From contig DDJQ01000105.1 of NCBI GenBank assembly GCA_002339125.1, positions 127 to 64,126 on the forward strand: 64,000 nucleotides of DNA, read 5' to 3'. Both the position numbers and the translations under genes were made by a program. Positions 8,143-17,012 of this stretch are shown here, piece after piece; within the stretch, counting starts at the first letter, position 1; each line of letters opens with the position of its first letter. The notes below the pieces were generated by a model. It saw only the letters and a list, made by a program, of their open reading frames with translations, ran no database searches and was not told the DNA's origin. The DNA is from Alteromonadaceae bacterium UBA2620. Its GTDB lineage: Bacteria > Pseudomonadota > Gammaproteobacteria > Enterobacterales > Alteromonadaceae.

Positions 8143-9381
8143 ATGACACCCCAGTCACCTCACTCAGAAGCATTTGCCAGTGAAACCGCCGAACGGTGCG
8201 GAAATGTGCTGTTAGTCGATGACAATGCGGCCGACCGGATGCTGTTAAAAGCCATGCTCGAACAGCTTGGCTACCATATCTGGGAGGCCGAAGAACTGCT
8301 CACCCGCAAGCATTTTGATATGGTGCTGAGCGACTGGATGATGCCAGAAATGTCCGGTCTGGAACTGTGCGAACGTATCTCCCGGCGATTTGAAAATAAG
8401 CCTTACATTATCCTTATCACCGGGCGCAACGAGTCCAACGACCTGATCCACGGTATTGAATCCGGTGCTGATGACTTTCTCACCAAACCCTTTAACCGCG
8501 ATGAACTGCGGGTTCGGTTGCAGGCAGGCTCCCGGGTCGCCAGACTGCAACGTAAACTACTTGAGCAAAACCTGATCCTTGTTCGTCACCTGCACAAGCA
8601 AAATAAACTGGTTCAGCAAAACAAACAGGAATTAACACTTGCGGCCAGGGTACTGATGGCCAGTTTGCCGCAAGCTGTGAATGTTTACCGTAATTCGGTG
8701 GAGGTTTACGGCAGGCTGAAACCGGCTAATACACTGGGCGGTGACGTGCTGAATCACTTTATGCTGGACGAACATCATCTGGCGTTTTACCTGATTGATG
8801 TCGTCGGGCACGGCGTCTCAGCGGCACTCAATGCGTTTTTGCTATCGAAAACCCTTATCGTCGACGACGAAAAACAGTCTATTTTGTACAAGGATCAGCA
8901 ATTACGCTCACCAGGCGAGGTAGCGGCGGCGCTGAACGCGCAGTTTTTCGACCCGCAATCCACTTCTCAGTATTTCACCATGGTGTACGGAGTACTAAAT
9001 GTGGAATCGGGAGAAGGCCGGTTCTGTCAGGCAGGTAGTCCGTCGCCAATCATTTGCAGCCCTAATGGTGAGTGCGAAAATGCTGGTAATGGCGGCTTTC
9101 CGGTGGGGTTAATTGATAGCGCCACCTTCGATGAGTACTCGTTCAGGTTACAGCCGGGGCAACGTCTGTTTATTTTTTCCGATGGTTTTGTGGAGCTCGA
9201 TCCGCACAACTGCCCCGGCCAGCAGCATCGCTTCAACGAACTGCTTGGCACCACTGCTAAACAACCGCTGGCTGAGGCCATTTCTACCTGCTACGAACAA
9301 ACTGCTCAATGGATAGAACAAAGCGATCAGCTCGATGATATGTCGATGCTAGCCATTCAGATGCGGGAGGCTTCAGAGTGA
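8143..9381 (+). CDS. Response regulator receiver + PP2C (SpoIIE/RsbU-type) serine phosphatase
   Basis: N-terminal REC domain (VLLVDDNAADR..SDWMMPEMSG..TKP). The C-terminal PP2C features include GGDV..., YLIDVVGHGVSAAL, FSDGF and DDMSMLA. Confidence 0.85.
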   Translation: MTPQSPHSEAFASETAERCGNVLLVDDNAADRMLLKAMLEQLGYHIWEAEELLTRKHFDMVLSDWMMPEMSGLELCERISRRFENKPYIILITGRNESNDLIHGIESGADDFLTKPFNRDELRVRLQAGSRVARLQRKLLEQNLILVRHLHKQNKLVQQNKQELTLAARVLMASLPQAVNVYRNSVEVYGRLKPANTLGGDVLNHFMLDEHHLAFYLIDVVGHGVSAALNAFLLSKTLIVDDEKQSILYKDQQLRSPGEVAAALNAQFFDPQSTSQYFTMVYGVLNVESGEGRFCQAGSPSPIICSPNGECENAGNGGFPVGLIDSATFDEYSFRLQPGQRLFIFSDGFVELDPHNCPGQQHRFNELLGTTAKQPLAEAISTCYEQTAQWIEQSDQLDDMSMLAIQMREASE

Positions 9382-9821
9382 TAAAAGCCCGTGCCCGCAA
9401 CCAGTCCAGTCAGATTTATGCTGATTACACCATCAGCCGCATCGACCGTGAAACCCGCAGCAGCCTGTCTGACCGCCAGCTTAACGCTTTCCGGGATGCC
9501 ATTATTGCCAGTCAGAGTGGCTCTCGCCACCAGATAGACTGCAGGTTCACTGTACCGCTGTTTCTGGCCCGTTTTTATGTGGTTCTGCTGATAGGTCGGG
9601 ATCGCCGTAAACAAACCCGGTTACAGGAACTGCGCCGCAATCAGTGGGGTAACGTACAGCTGGCGCCGGTGCTGTCTTTCATCCTGCTAAGTCTGTTGAT
9701 TAGTCTGTTGTGGTTCGCGCTGTTTCTGGCCATGTACTGGCTTAAGCGCGAACTGGGTATCGACCTGCTTGAAAACTTTCATTTGGCCGACTTACTGCCT
9801 GCAGGACAGTCCAATGAATAG
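9378..9821 (+). CDS. Hypothetical membrane protein
   Basis: GTGA overlap with the upstream stop. Two or three hydrophobic segments. No known motif. Confidence 0.5.
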   Translation: MIKARARNQSSQIYADYTISRIDRETRSSLSDRQLNAFRDAIIASQSGSRHQIDCRFTVPLFLARFYVVLLIGRDRRKQTRLQELRRNQWGNVQLAPVLSFILLSLLISLLWFALFLAMYWLKRELGIDLLENFHLADLLPAGQSNE

Positions 9822-10755
9822 TAAATTGCCGCTGATATTGTTCACTTTGCGTCTGCTGCCTTTCTGGCTGGCAATTTTACTGCTGTATGGCTGCGCCACT
9901 CAGGAACATGTAATTAACGCGCCTTATCAGCCGCACAGCGCTACGCTGGAAAACTATCGCACTCAGCCTCACCAACGGGTACATGATGTATTCAGCCCGG
10001 TGCGTTTACAAACTAAAGCTGCGGAGCAACACCTGCAGGTAAAAATCGACAACCTGCTGGTGTTAATCGATACCAGCCTGGATAAGTTAGCGCCAACGCC
10101 TTATTCGGCGACCTTTTTATCAGCCTATGAAGCCCTGCACCGGTTTATTCACAGCACACCCGCGCTGCCCTTCGAAACCAGCGTGTTTGAATTTGGCGCA
10201 GCCGCCAGTGACCTTGAAAGCCTGAGTTTTGATGCCCAGGCGCAAAACCTGGCGCAGTTGCACCCGCGGTTTGCCTTAAAACCGCTTGATCTGCATCTTG
10301 AAAAACGCCAGCGTTTACCCTCCTTAGGCAAGCGCGATCTGGCCGGCGCCCTGGATACCTTAACCGCTCAGCACTGGCGGTTTGATCAACCACTTACTTT
10401 GCTTATCATCGCGCCCTGGCAGCAATTAAATACACACTCCTTACGCGCACTAAAGATGTTTAAAAAGCGCATGGCAATTCATCAGGGCGTGTGTGTTTAC
10501 CTGGTTGGCATAGGCGCCGAGTACTCTCGCTCACTGGCTGATAATGCTCATGAATGTGGCTTTTCGGTATCAGCGCAGTGGATAGCCCAACCAGCTGAAA
10601 TGGCCCATTTTGTTGAGCGCGTTATGTATACATTTCCGGCCGACAGCGACAACGACGGTATCTACGATTTTGCCGATCGCTGCCCCGCCACACGCCCCGG
10701 CCGGATAGTAAACCGTCATGGCTGTTATCAGTTTGCTGACACAAGGAGACCCTGA
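9814..10755 (+). CDS. Lipoprotein ending in a thrombospondin type-3-like Ca-binding motif (no OmpA_C domain)
   Basis: LLYGC lipobox after the ATG at 9814, which overlaps the upstream stop. The C-terminal DSDNDGIYDFADRCP resembles the TSP3 repeat found in front of OmpA-like domains. Confidence 0.55.
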   Translation: MNSKLPLILFTLRLLPFWLAILLLYGCATQEHVINAPYQPHSATLENYRTQPHQRVHDVFSPVRLQTKAAEQHLQVKIDNLLVLIDTSLDKLAPTPYSATFLSAYEALHRFIHSTPALPFETSVFEFGAAASDLESLSFDAQAQNLAQLHPRFALKPLDLHLEKRQRLPSLGKRDLAGALDTLTAQHWRFDQPLTLLIIAPWQQLNTHSLRALKMFKKRMAIHQGVCVYLVGIGAEYSRSLADNAHECGFSVSAQWIAQPAEMAHFVERVMYTFPADSDNDGIYDFADRCPATRPGRIVNRHGCYQFADTRRP

Positions 10756-13616
10756 TGCTGACATTAAGGTTGCAGATTTTTCAATGGGCAAAACACTCCA
10801 GCAAAATAATAGCGCTGTGGGTGTTTTCGGCATGCACTATGGCTAACGATCCCCGATTAGGCGTGCTGTGGCCCGAAGACGTTCAGCGTCAGCAGGCGGT
10901 GAAAGCCGCCGGGCAGGGTCTGGACGAGCCCTTGTCACAGCCTCCGGTTGCTATTAGTGAGCCTAAACTAACCACAGTTATCGCAGAAGCGCCGTCAGAA
11001 CTGGAAAAAACCGTCTCTGAAACGCTGGAACCCATCACCCTTGAGGAACAGATCCAGCAGCAGGTGGTACAGTCGGCGCTCAGTCAGTTCGGTTACGATA
11101 TTTTTGCCGTCACGCCAACTACTTTTGCCCCGGTTGAGGGGATCCCTGTACCACCGGATTACATCATCGGCCCCGGCGATACATTTGTGTTACAGATCTA
11201 TGGCCCGTCCGATGTGGAATACCGTCTGGTCGTCACCCGTGAAGGCCGCCTGTTAATTCCGGAAATTGGTGATATTCAGGTCGCCGGCCTGTCGTTTGAG
11301 GAGGCGAAGCTCACCTTACAGCAAACCATTTCTAAAATGCGTATCGGCGTTAAAACGGTTATTACGCTGGCCGATCTGCATACCATTCAAATTCTGATGG
11401 TGGGCGATGTCAGCCGCCCGGGCATGTATACCGTGAGCGGATTGTCTTCATTGCTCAATACGCTCATCACTACCGGCGGCATCAAGCGCACCGGTTCGTT
11501 GCGCGATATTCAGGTGCGTCGCCATAATCAGGTGATTGCCCGGATGGATATTTACAATGTGCTGCTTAAAGGGGTGGATGACGACAATATCTACCTGCGG
11601 CAGGGCGATGTTATCTTTGTGCCGCCTATCGGCCCTACCATAAGCGTTGCCGGCGAAGTTCACCGGCCGGCCATTTATGAGCTTAAAACAGAACAAACCG
11701 TCGCCGATATCATCGCTCTCACCGGTGGCCTGCTGCCTACTGCCGATATCGCCAAATCGCATATTGAGCGAATTACGCCGGATGCCCAGCGCACTCTGTT
11801 AACGCTCGGTTCGCGGGAGACCATGGCGGATATGGCGGTTAAAAATGGCGATGTGATGCGGATTTTTCCGGCCGTTAAGCGCATGGACGACGTGGTATTA
11901 CTGGCCGGGCACGTAATGCAGCCAGGCGGTTATCAATGGCAACCGGGCATGCGGGTTTCCAGTGTGATCAATCATGTTTCTATGCTACGTCACAGTACTG
12001 ACTACAGCGTAGCCATGATCCAGCGCGAAGACCGTAACACCAAGCAGATTTCGGCCCTGTATTTTGATCTGGGCGCAGCGCTTAACAGGCCGGGAAGTGA
12101 GGCTGACCAGGTATTACAACCGCGCGACCAGATTGTTATCTTTGATACCCAGGGTACCCGGCAAAATCAGGTTAAAGCCACACTGAATAAAATGACCCGA
12201 CAGGTGGCTGGCGGGCAGCTGGCCAATACCTTTGAGCTGATTGGCCATGTACAGCATCCGGGCGTGTACCCGCTGGAAACCAACCAGCGCCTGATGACAC
12301 TGCTGGCAGCCGGTGGTGGCCTTTTGCCCGGCACAGATATAGCTTACAGCCTGCTGGTAAGAACCCACCCACAAACCAAACAGATTGAATTTATCCGCTT
12401 AAACCTGAATCAGGCTACGGCATCTCCGGCGGGTGACCACAACCCGGTGCTGAAAGCCGGCGACAAAGTGTATTTGTTTGGTCGTCAGACCAACCGCGCT
12501 AAACTGATTGCCGCCGATATTGCGCGGCTCAAGGCACAAACCCGGTTTGGTGAGCTGTCGCCGGTAGTCACGCTCTCTGGTGAAGTCGTGCACGGCGGCG
12601 AATACCCCGTCACACCCGGCATGCGCCTGGAAGACTTGATTGCCGCCGGCGGTGGCATGACAGAAAAAGCCTATGGCGAGTTCGCTACACTTTCCCGCCA
12701 GAGCCTGCTGGACGATGAACAAACTACCACCAGCACCCTTAATGTTGCGCTGTCTACCACCGACCAGTATGGCTACGACAGTAACATGATTGTTCACCCT
12801 TATGACCATCTTACCCTGCGGGTGAAACCAAACTGGGTTTCACAATCCCGACTGGTCAGGGTTGAAGGCGAGGTTACCTATCCTGGTGAGTATCGTGTGG
12901 GTAAGCACGACACACTCTGTTCGGTGGTTCACCGGGCCGGCGGGTTTACCGAAAGAGCCTACTTATTTGGCGCCGTGTTTTTACGGGAAAGCGTAAAACA
13001 ACGGGAACAAAAAGCCCTTGATAAGTTGTTTGATCAACTCGATGACTCGCTGGTTGACGTGCACCTGTCGCCTGGCCACGAGAAAGATCAAAAGCTGCCG
13101 GTAAACAAAGGCGCCACCGATATCTTAAGAGTGATGCAAGGACTTGATCGGCCCCAGGCAGTGGGCAGAATGGTCATCGATCTGGAGGCGGCGGTAAGTC
13201 GCTGCGACGAAGGCCATGATATCGCACTGGAACACGGCGACCGCCTGATTGTACCGGCGCTACAGAATGAAGTGACCGTCGTCGGGCAGGTTTATCAGCC
13301 TTCGTCTCATCATTTCCGTTCCGACCGGGCGCTACTTGATTACGTTAATCTGAGCGGCGGTACCAAACAGTTTGCCGCTATCGAGCACATCTACGTGGTG
13401 CAGGCTAACGGCGAAGTGATTTCGGTACGCTCTTCACAAAGTAGCTGGACCTGGCTGGGCCAGCCCAAAAACCTCCATGTGACGCCCGGCTCCACCATTT
13501 TTGTACCGCTGGACCTGGATCGCATTAATGGCCGGGAGTACACCGAATCCTGGGCAGAGCTGATTTATAAAATGGCCATTTCGGCCGCCGGACTGAAGTT
13601 TATTCTCAATGACTAG
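10755..13616 (+). CDS. Polysaccharide export protein, Wza/SypC-like with multiple SLBB domains (953 aa)
   Basis: The Poly_export signature (YIIGPGDTFVLQIYG...EYRLVVTREGRLLIPEIGDIQVAGLSFEEA) is followed by repeated units of the form PG.Y.l....l.dli..aGG. An AAGGAGA RBS is present. Confidence 0.85.
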   Translation: MLTLRLQIFQWAKHSSKIIALWVFSACTMANDPRLGVLWPEDVQRQQAVKAAGQGLDEPLSQPPVAISEPKLTTVIAEAPSELEKTVSETLEPITLEEQIQQQVVQSALSQFGYDIFAVTPTTFAPVEGIPVPPDYIIGPGDTFVLQIYGPSDVEYRLVVTREGRLLIPEIGDIQVAGLSFEEAKLTLQQTISKMRIGVKTVITLADLHTIQILMVGDVSRPGMYTVSGLSSLLNTLITTGGIKRTGSLRDIQVRRHNQVIARMDIYNVLLKGVDDDNIYLRQGDVIFVPPIGPTISVAGEVHRPAIYELKTEQTVADIIALTGGLLPTADIAKSHIERITPDAQRTLLTLGSRETMADMAVKNGDVMRIFPAVKRMDDVVLLAGHVMQPGGYQWQPGMRVSSVINHVSMLRHSTDYSVAMIQREDRNTKQISALYFDLGAALNRPGSEADQVLQPRDQIVIFDTQGTRQNQVKATLNKMTRQVAGGQLANTFELIGHVQHPGVYPLETNQRLMTLLAAGGGLLPGTDIAYSLLVRTHPQTKQIEFIRLNLNQATASPAGDHNPVLKAGDKVYLFGRQTNRAKLIAADIARLKAQTRFGELSPVVTLSGEVVHGGEYPVTPGMRLEDLIAAGGGMTEKAYGEFATLSRQSLLDDEQTTTSTLNVALSTTDQYGYDSNMIVHPYDHLTLRVKPNWVSQSRLVRVEGEVTYPGEYRVGKHDTLCSVVHRAGGFTERAYLFGAVFLRESVKQREQKALDKLFDQLDDSLVDVHLSPGHEKDQKLPVNKGATDILRVMQGLDRPQAVGRMVIDLEAAVSRCDEGHDIALEHGDRLIVPALQNEVTVVGQVYQPSSHHFRSDRALLDYVNLSGGTKQFAAIEHIYVVQANGEVISVRSSQSSWTWLGQPKNLHVTPGSTIFVPLDLDRINGREYTESWAELIYKMAISAAGLKFILND

Positions 13617-14640
13617 GCCAACACAGGATCCATCAAATATGCCGTTTGGGGTCGACGACGACGTCGATCTCATCGAGTACCTGCAGGCTATTTTACGCTA
13701 CAAATACCGCATCGTGCTCTCGGCAGTGGCGATTGCCGGCGTGGTGTTCGGGCTTTCTCTGCTGGTCGACAACCAGTACATGTCCACTGCGGTGGTAGCA
13801 GTCAATATTAAAGAAAAGGCTGGCGGCGTATCACCCAAGGAATACCGGGCCAGCGACGCACTGGGGCTGCTGGAACACGATTTCATTATTGAAGGCGTAC
13901 ACTCCAACGAGCTGGACCGGCTGTTAGCCCGTATGCGCTCAATGAAGTTCAGCCAGCAGTTTATCGAACAAAACAAGTTGTTACCCTATATCTTTCATAA
14001 CCACTGGGATCCGCAGCAAGAAGCGTGGCTGGAAGGGTTCCAACCCGATTTACGGGAAGCGGGAATGACCTTTATGACCCGTTTACGAGGCGTTGAGCTG
14101 GACGAAGCCAGCGGATTACTCAGGATCAACTTTACTACCCGCGATCCGCAATTTTCAGCCGCTCTGGCAAATGCTTTCGTTACTCAGTTTAACCAGTTTA
14201 TCCGCGACGCCGAGGCCGGTGAGCTGGAAGCGCGTCGCGATTATCTGACCAAGCGGCTTGAAGAAGTGGACAACATTGAACTGCATAAGTCCATTTACCG
14301 GTTGATGGAAACCCAGCTGGCGGCCGAATCGCTATTGTACGCGCGCTCAGAGTACCCTCTTGAACTCATTCAACCGGCGTTTCCGGCCCTTTATAAAACC
14401 TATCCGTTACGCAAAAAATGGGCAGTGATGGCCATGCTCGCCACCATCATGCTGGGCATTATGTTCGCCATCGGCATGGTCTTACTGAGTAAAATTAAAC
14501 AAGCCATTGCAGCCTATCAAACAAAACAGCTGACCGAGCTGCAAGCCAGCACCTCTGCCACCCCGGCTAATCCGGCCACCAGCGATAGAGCGCCTGATGA
14601 CGACCAGTACAACGGCGACGACTGGATAGATGACGATTAA
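13609..14640 (+). CDS. Wzz-type chain-length determinant protein (no kinase domain)
   Basis: DLIEYLQAILRYKYRIV followed by a TM helix, a long periplasmic coiled region and a C-terminal TM helix. Confidence 0.75.
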   Translation: MTRPTQDPSNMPFGVDDDVDLIEYLQAILRYKYRIVLSAVAIAGVVFGLSLLVDNQYMSTAVVAVNIKEKAGGVSPKEYRASDALGLLEHDFIIEGVHSNELDRLLARMRSMKFSQQFIEQNKLLPYIFHNHWDPQQEAWLEGFQPDLREAGMTFMTRLRGVELDEASGLLRINFTTRDPQFSAALANAFVTQFNQFIRDAEAGELEARRDYLTKRLEEVDNIELHKSIYRLMETQLAAESLLYARSEYPLELIQPAFPALYKTYPLRKKWAVMAMLATIMLGIMFAIGMVLLSKIKQAIAAYQTKQLTELQASTSATPANPATSDRAPDDDQYNGDDWIDDD

Positions 14641-14662
14641 TTCGCGCATCAGCCGGGTTAAC

Positions 14663-14677
14663 TGGCACTGTGTTTGC
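14663..14677 (+). promoter_or_regulatory. Sigma-54 promoter TGGCAC-TGTGT-TTGC(T)
   Basis: Exact -24/-12 spacing, 23 bp after the wzz stop and 97 bp before the flippase ATG. Confidence 0.65.
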
Positions 14678-14734
14678 TCTGTTAAGTCTAAGACTGAACA
14701 GGGCCAACCGATTGATGCTGAAACCGGGCATTAA

Positions 14735-14749
14735 TTTGCAATATGCAAA
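14735..14749. promoter_or_regulatory. Palindrome TTTGCA-ATA-TGCAAA
   Basis: Same motif as at 7950, but here it lies downstream of the sigma-54 promoter, in the leader. Confidence 0.45.
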
Positions 14750-14773
14750 GGCCCACTCAACGAGTGTTGAATT

Positions 14774-16099
14774 ATGCAAATGCTCCCCATGCTGAAAGTG
14801 CTGTTTACCCGCTCCGTTGGCCTTGGCTTACAGCTGCTGCTAACGCTGGTAATGGGTCGCTACCTTGGTGCCGCCGGGGTAGGGCAATTTACCCTGTACA
14901 ATACCTGGATGGTCACCCTGGGCTGTGTGGGCGATATGGGCCTGCCAACAGTGGCCCTGCGGAATGTGTCGGTAAGCGAAGAGCGCAGACAGTACAAGCA
15001 AATATTTGCCTATATTACCCAGGCACTCGCCAGACTGCTTATTTACGGCGCTCTGGCCGCTGTAGTACTTATTACGGCTGCCGATTACTTTGCCCATTTA
15101 GCCACTGCTGATGCTACGCTGCTGTCGCTTTTTCAACTGGCGGTTGGCGCAGCGGTTGTCTTCATCCTGATGCGGGTGTTGTCTGAAACCTTGAAAGGGC
15201 TGGGCTACATCAACCTCGCCTTTACCATCGACACCTCACTGCTGCCACTGCTGTTACTGCTGGTAATGGGCGTAAGCTGGCTATTTGATTCGTCGCTTTC
15301 GGTGTTTCAACTGATCGCTTCACACATTACCTTTACGGTGCTGATAGTCGTCCTGCTGGCCACCGTTTTCTTTGTTATTCTGCGCCGAGCACTGGCAGCC
15401 TCCCCCACGACGTTGCCAACCAGTTCATCGCCTCATCAGCCAGACAGTTTGTTTTCACGACGTCTGGTACCGGTCTGGATTGGTGGTTGTTTGGGGATGT
15501 TAAGTCTGAACCTGCCAGTGCTGTTTTTACCGCTGTATGCCGACGCCGAGGAAATCGGCATTTTTGGCGTCAGTTACCGACTGATGCTTGCCGGGACATC
15601 GGTACTCACAACCCTCGCATCCTATTACGGCCCTGTATTTGCCAGAGCTTATGCCAATCAGGATTGTGCCCGGTTAAAGCAAAGTCTCAAGCATTCACAA
15701 AAAGTCTCGTTACTGGTTTACCTGCCGTTTTTCCTGCTTTTTACATTGTTCTCTGAGCCACTGCTGGCGTTATTTGGCGATGAATTTACCGCCGGCGCCT
15801 CGCTGTTAACCATCATGGTGTTTGGCCAGCTGATTAATACATCCACCGGACTGGTAGGCATCATGCTAAATATGATCCATCGCGAGAAAGAAGAATTTAT
15901 TATTCAGCTCAGTAACCTGGTGATTACCGTGGTGCTGATTAATGTCCTCGGCACCCTGTACGGCGTGGCCGGCATTGCCGCCGCCTGTGCAATCAGCATT
16001 GGTCTGAAAAACGTGATGTCGTATATCGCGGCCCAGCACTATCTGAGCCTGTCTGACTACCCTTTACCTGTGAAGGAAGCTAACCATGAAACCGCTTGA
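14774..16099 (+). CDS. Polysaccharide flippase (Wzx/MOP superfamily)
   Basis: Multi-pass membrane protein of 441 aa with Wzx-like topology, positioned inside the EPS cluster. Confidence 0.8.
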   Translation: MQMLPMLKVLFTRSVGLGLQLLLTLVMGRYLGAAGVGQFTLYNTWMVTLGCVGDMGLPTVALRNVSVSEERRQYKQIFAYITQALARLLIYGALAAVVLITAADYFAHLATADATLLSLFQLAVGAAVVFILMRVLSETLKGLGYINLAFTIDTSLLPLLLLLVMGVSWLFDSSLSVFQLIASHITFTVLIVVLLATVFFVILRRALAASPTTLPTSSSPHQPDSLFSRRLVPVWIGGCLGMLSLNLPVLFLPLYADAEEIGIFGVSYRLMLAGTSVLTTLASYYGPVFARAYANQDCARLKQSLKHSQKVSLLVYLPFFLLFTLFSEPLLALFGDEFTAGASLLTIMVFGQLINTSTGLVGIMLNMIHREKEEFIIQLSNLVITVVLINVLGTLYGVAGIAAACAISIGLKNVMSYIAAQHYLSLSDYPLPVKEANHETA

Positions 16100-17012
16100 T
16101 TTCCTGATTATCGGCGCGCAAAAATCCGGTACCACCTCGTTGTTTAAATACCTTAATCAGCACCCGGATATTGCCATGCCGGCGGATAAAGAAGCGCCCT
16201 ATTTTACTAATGACGAGCTCTACAGCGCTGGCTGGCAACATTACCTGGGCAACTATTTTACCGGCTATGACCAAGAGCTGCTCTGGGGTACAGCCAGCCC
16301 TCAATACATGAGTGACCTGCGCGCAGCAGAGCGCATAACCCGGGACCTGCCGAACACCCGGCTGATTGCCATTTTACGCAACCCTATTGAGCGCGCTTAT
16401 TCACACTATTTAATGCAAAAAAGGCGAGGCCTGGAAGAGCGCTCCTTCGACTCAGCGCTCGACACGCTGTTGCTTCAGCAAAGCCTGAATCATGCCCGCG
16501 CCAACCAGCCGGTGTTTAATGCCACCATGAACTATGAGGATGAATCCGGACATTACCTTGTGCTTGGCGAATACGGTCGAATCCTTAAAGCCTACCGCCA
16601 TTACTTTGAGCGCGGGCAAATGCTGGTGATATTTATGGATGAACTCACCGGTCAGCCCCATCAAACCGTCGCCAGAGTGCTGGAATTTATTGGCGCCAAC
16701 GATGAAAGCCTGCCGGATAATGTTGGTAAGGTTTACCACCAGGGTGGCAGTAAGCAGTTTATTCCTAACGCCTGGCGCAATGTGCTGAAAACTAATAGTG
16801 CTTTCCGGGCAGTCTGGGATTGCGTTCCCGAACGCACTAAAAGCAGTATCCGCTACTGGTACGATCAAAAAAACGTCCGCAAAGCCAGTGGGCAGGAAGG
16901 CCCGTCAGAAATCGCTAAGCAACGGCTGGCAGACTTCTATCGCAATGATATGGTTCAACTGCAAAGTCTGACTAATCAGGCCGTGCCCTGGAGCGAATTT
17001 AGCGGCGGATAA
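16086..17012 (+). CDS. PAPS-dependent sulfotransferase family protein
   Basis: A 5'-PSB loop (IIGAQKSGTTSL) and a 3'-PB motif (RLIAILRNPIERAYSHY). Confidence 0.8.
   Translation: MKPLDFLIIGAQKSGTTSLFKYLNQHPDIAMPADKEAPYFTNDELYSAGWQHYLGNYFTGYDQELLWGTASPQYMSDLRAAERITRDLPNTRLIAILRNPIERAYSHYLMQKRRGLEERSFDSALDTLLLQQSLNHARANQPVFNATMNYEDESGHYLVLGEYGRILKAYRHYFERGQMLVIFMDELTGQPHQTVARVLEFIGANDESLPDNVGKVYHQGGSKQFIPNAWRNVLKTNSAFRAVWDCVPERTKSSIRYWYDQKNVRKASGQEGPSEIAKQRLADFYRNDMVQLQSLTNQAVPWSEFSGG

Noticed and set aside
8082-8143. Qrr-like small RNA downstream of the sigma-54 promoters (P1 leader, and P2 leader 14689-14773)
   Set aside because: LuxO-type sites plus a sigma-54 promoter normally drive Qrr sRNAs in vibrios. 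Here the leaders run straight into protein-coding genes, and there is no terminator and no Qrr-like conserved core.
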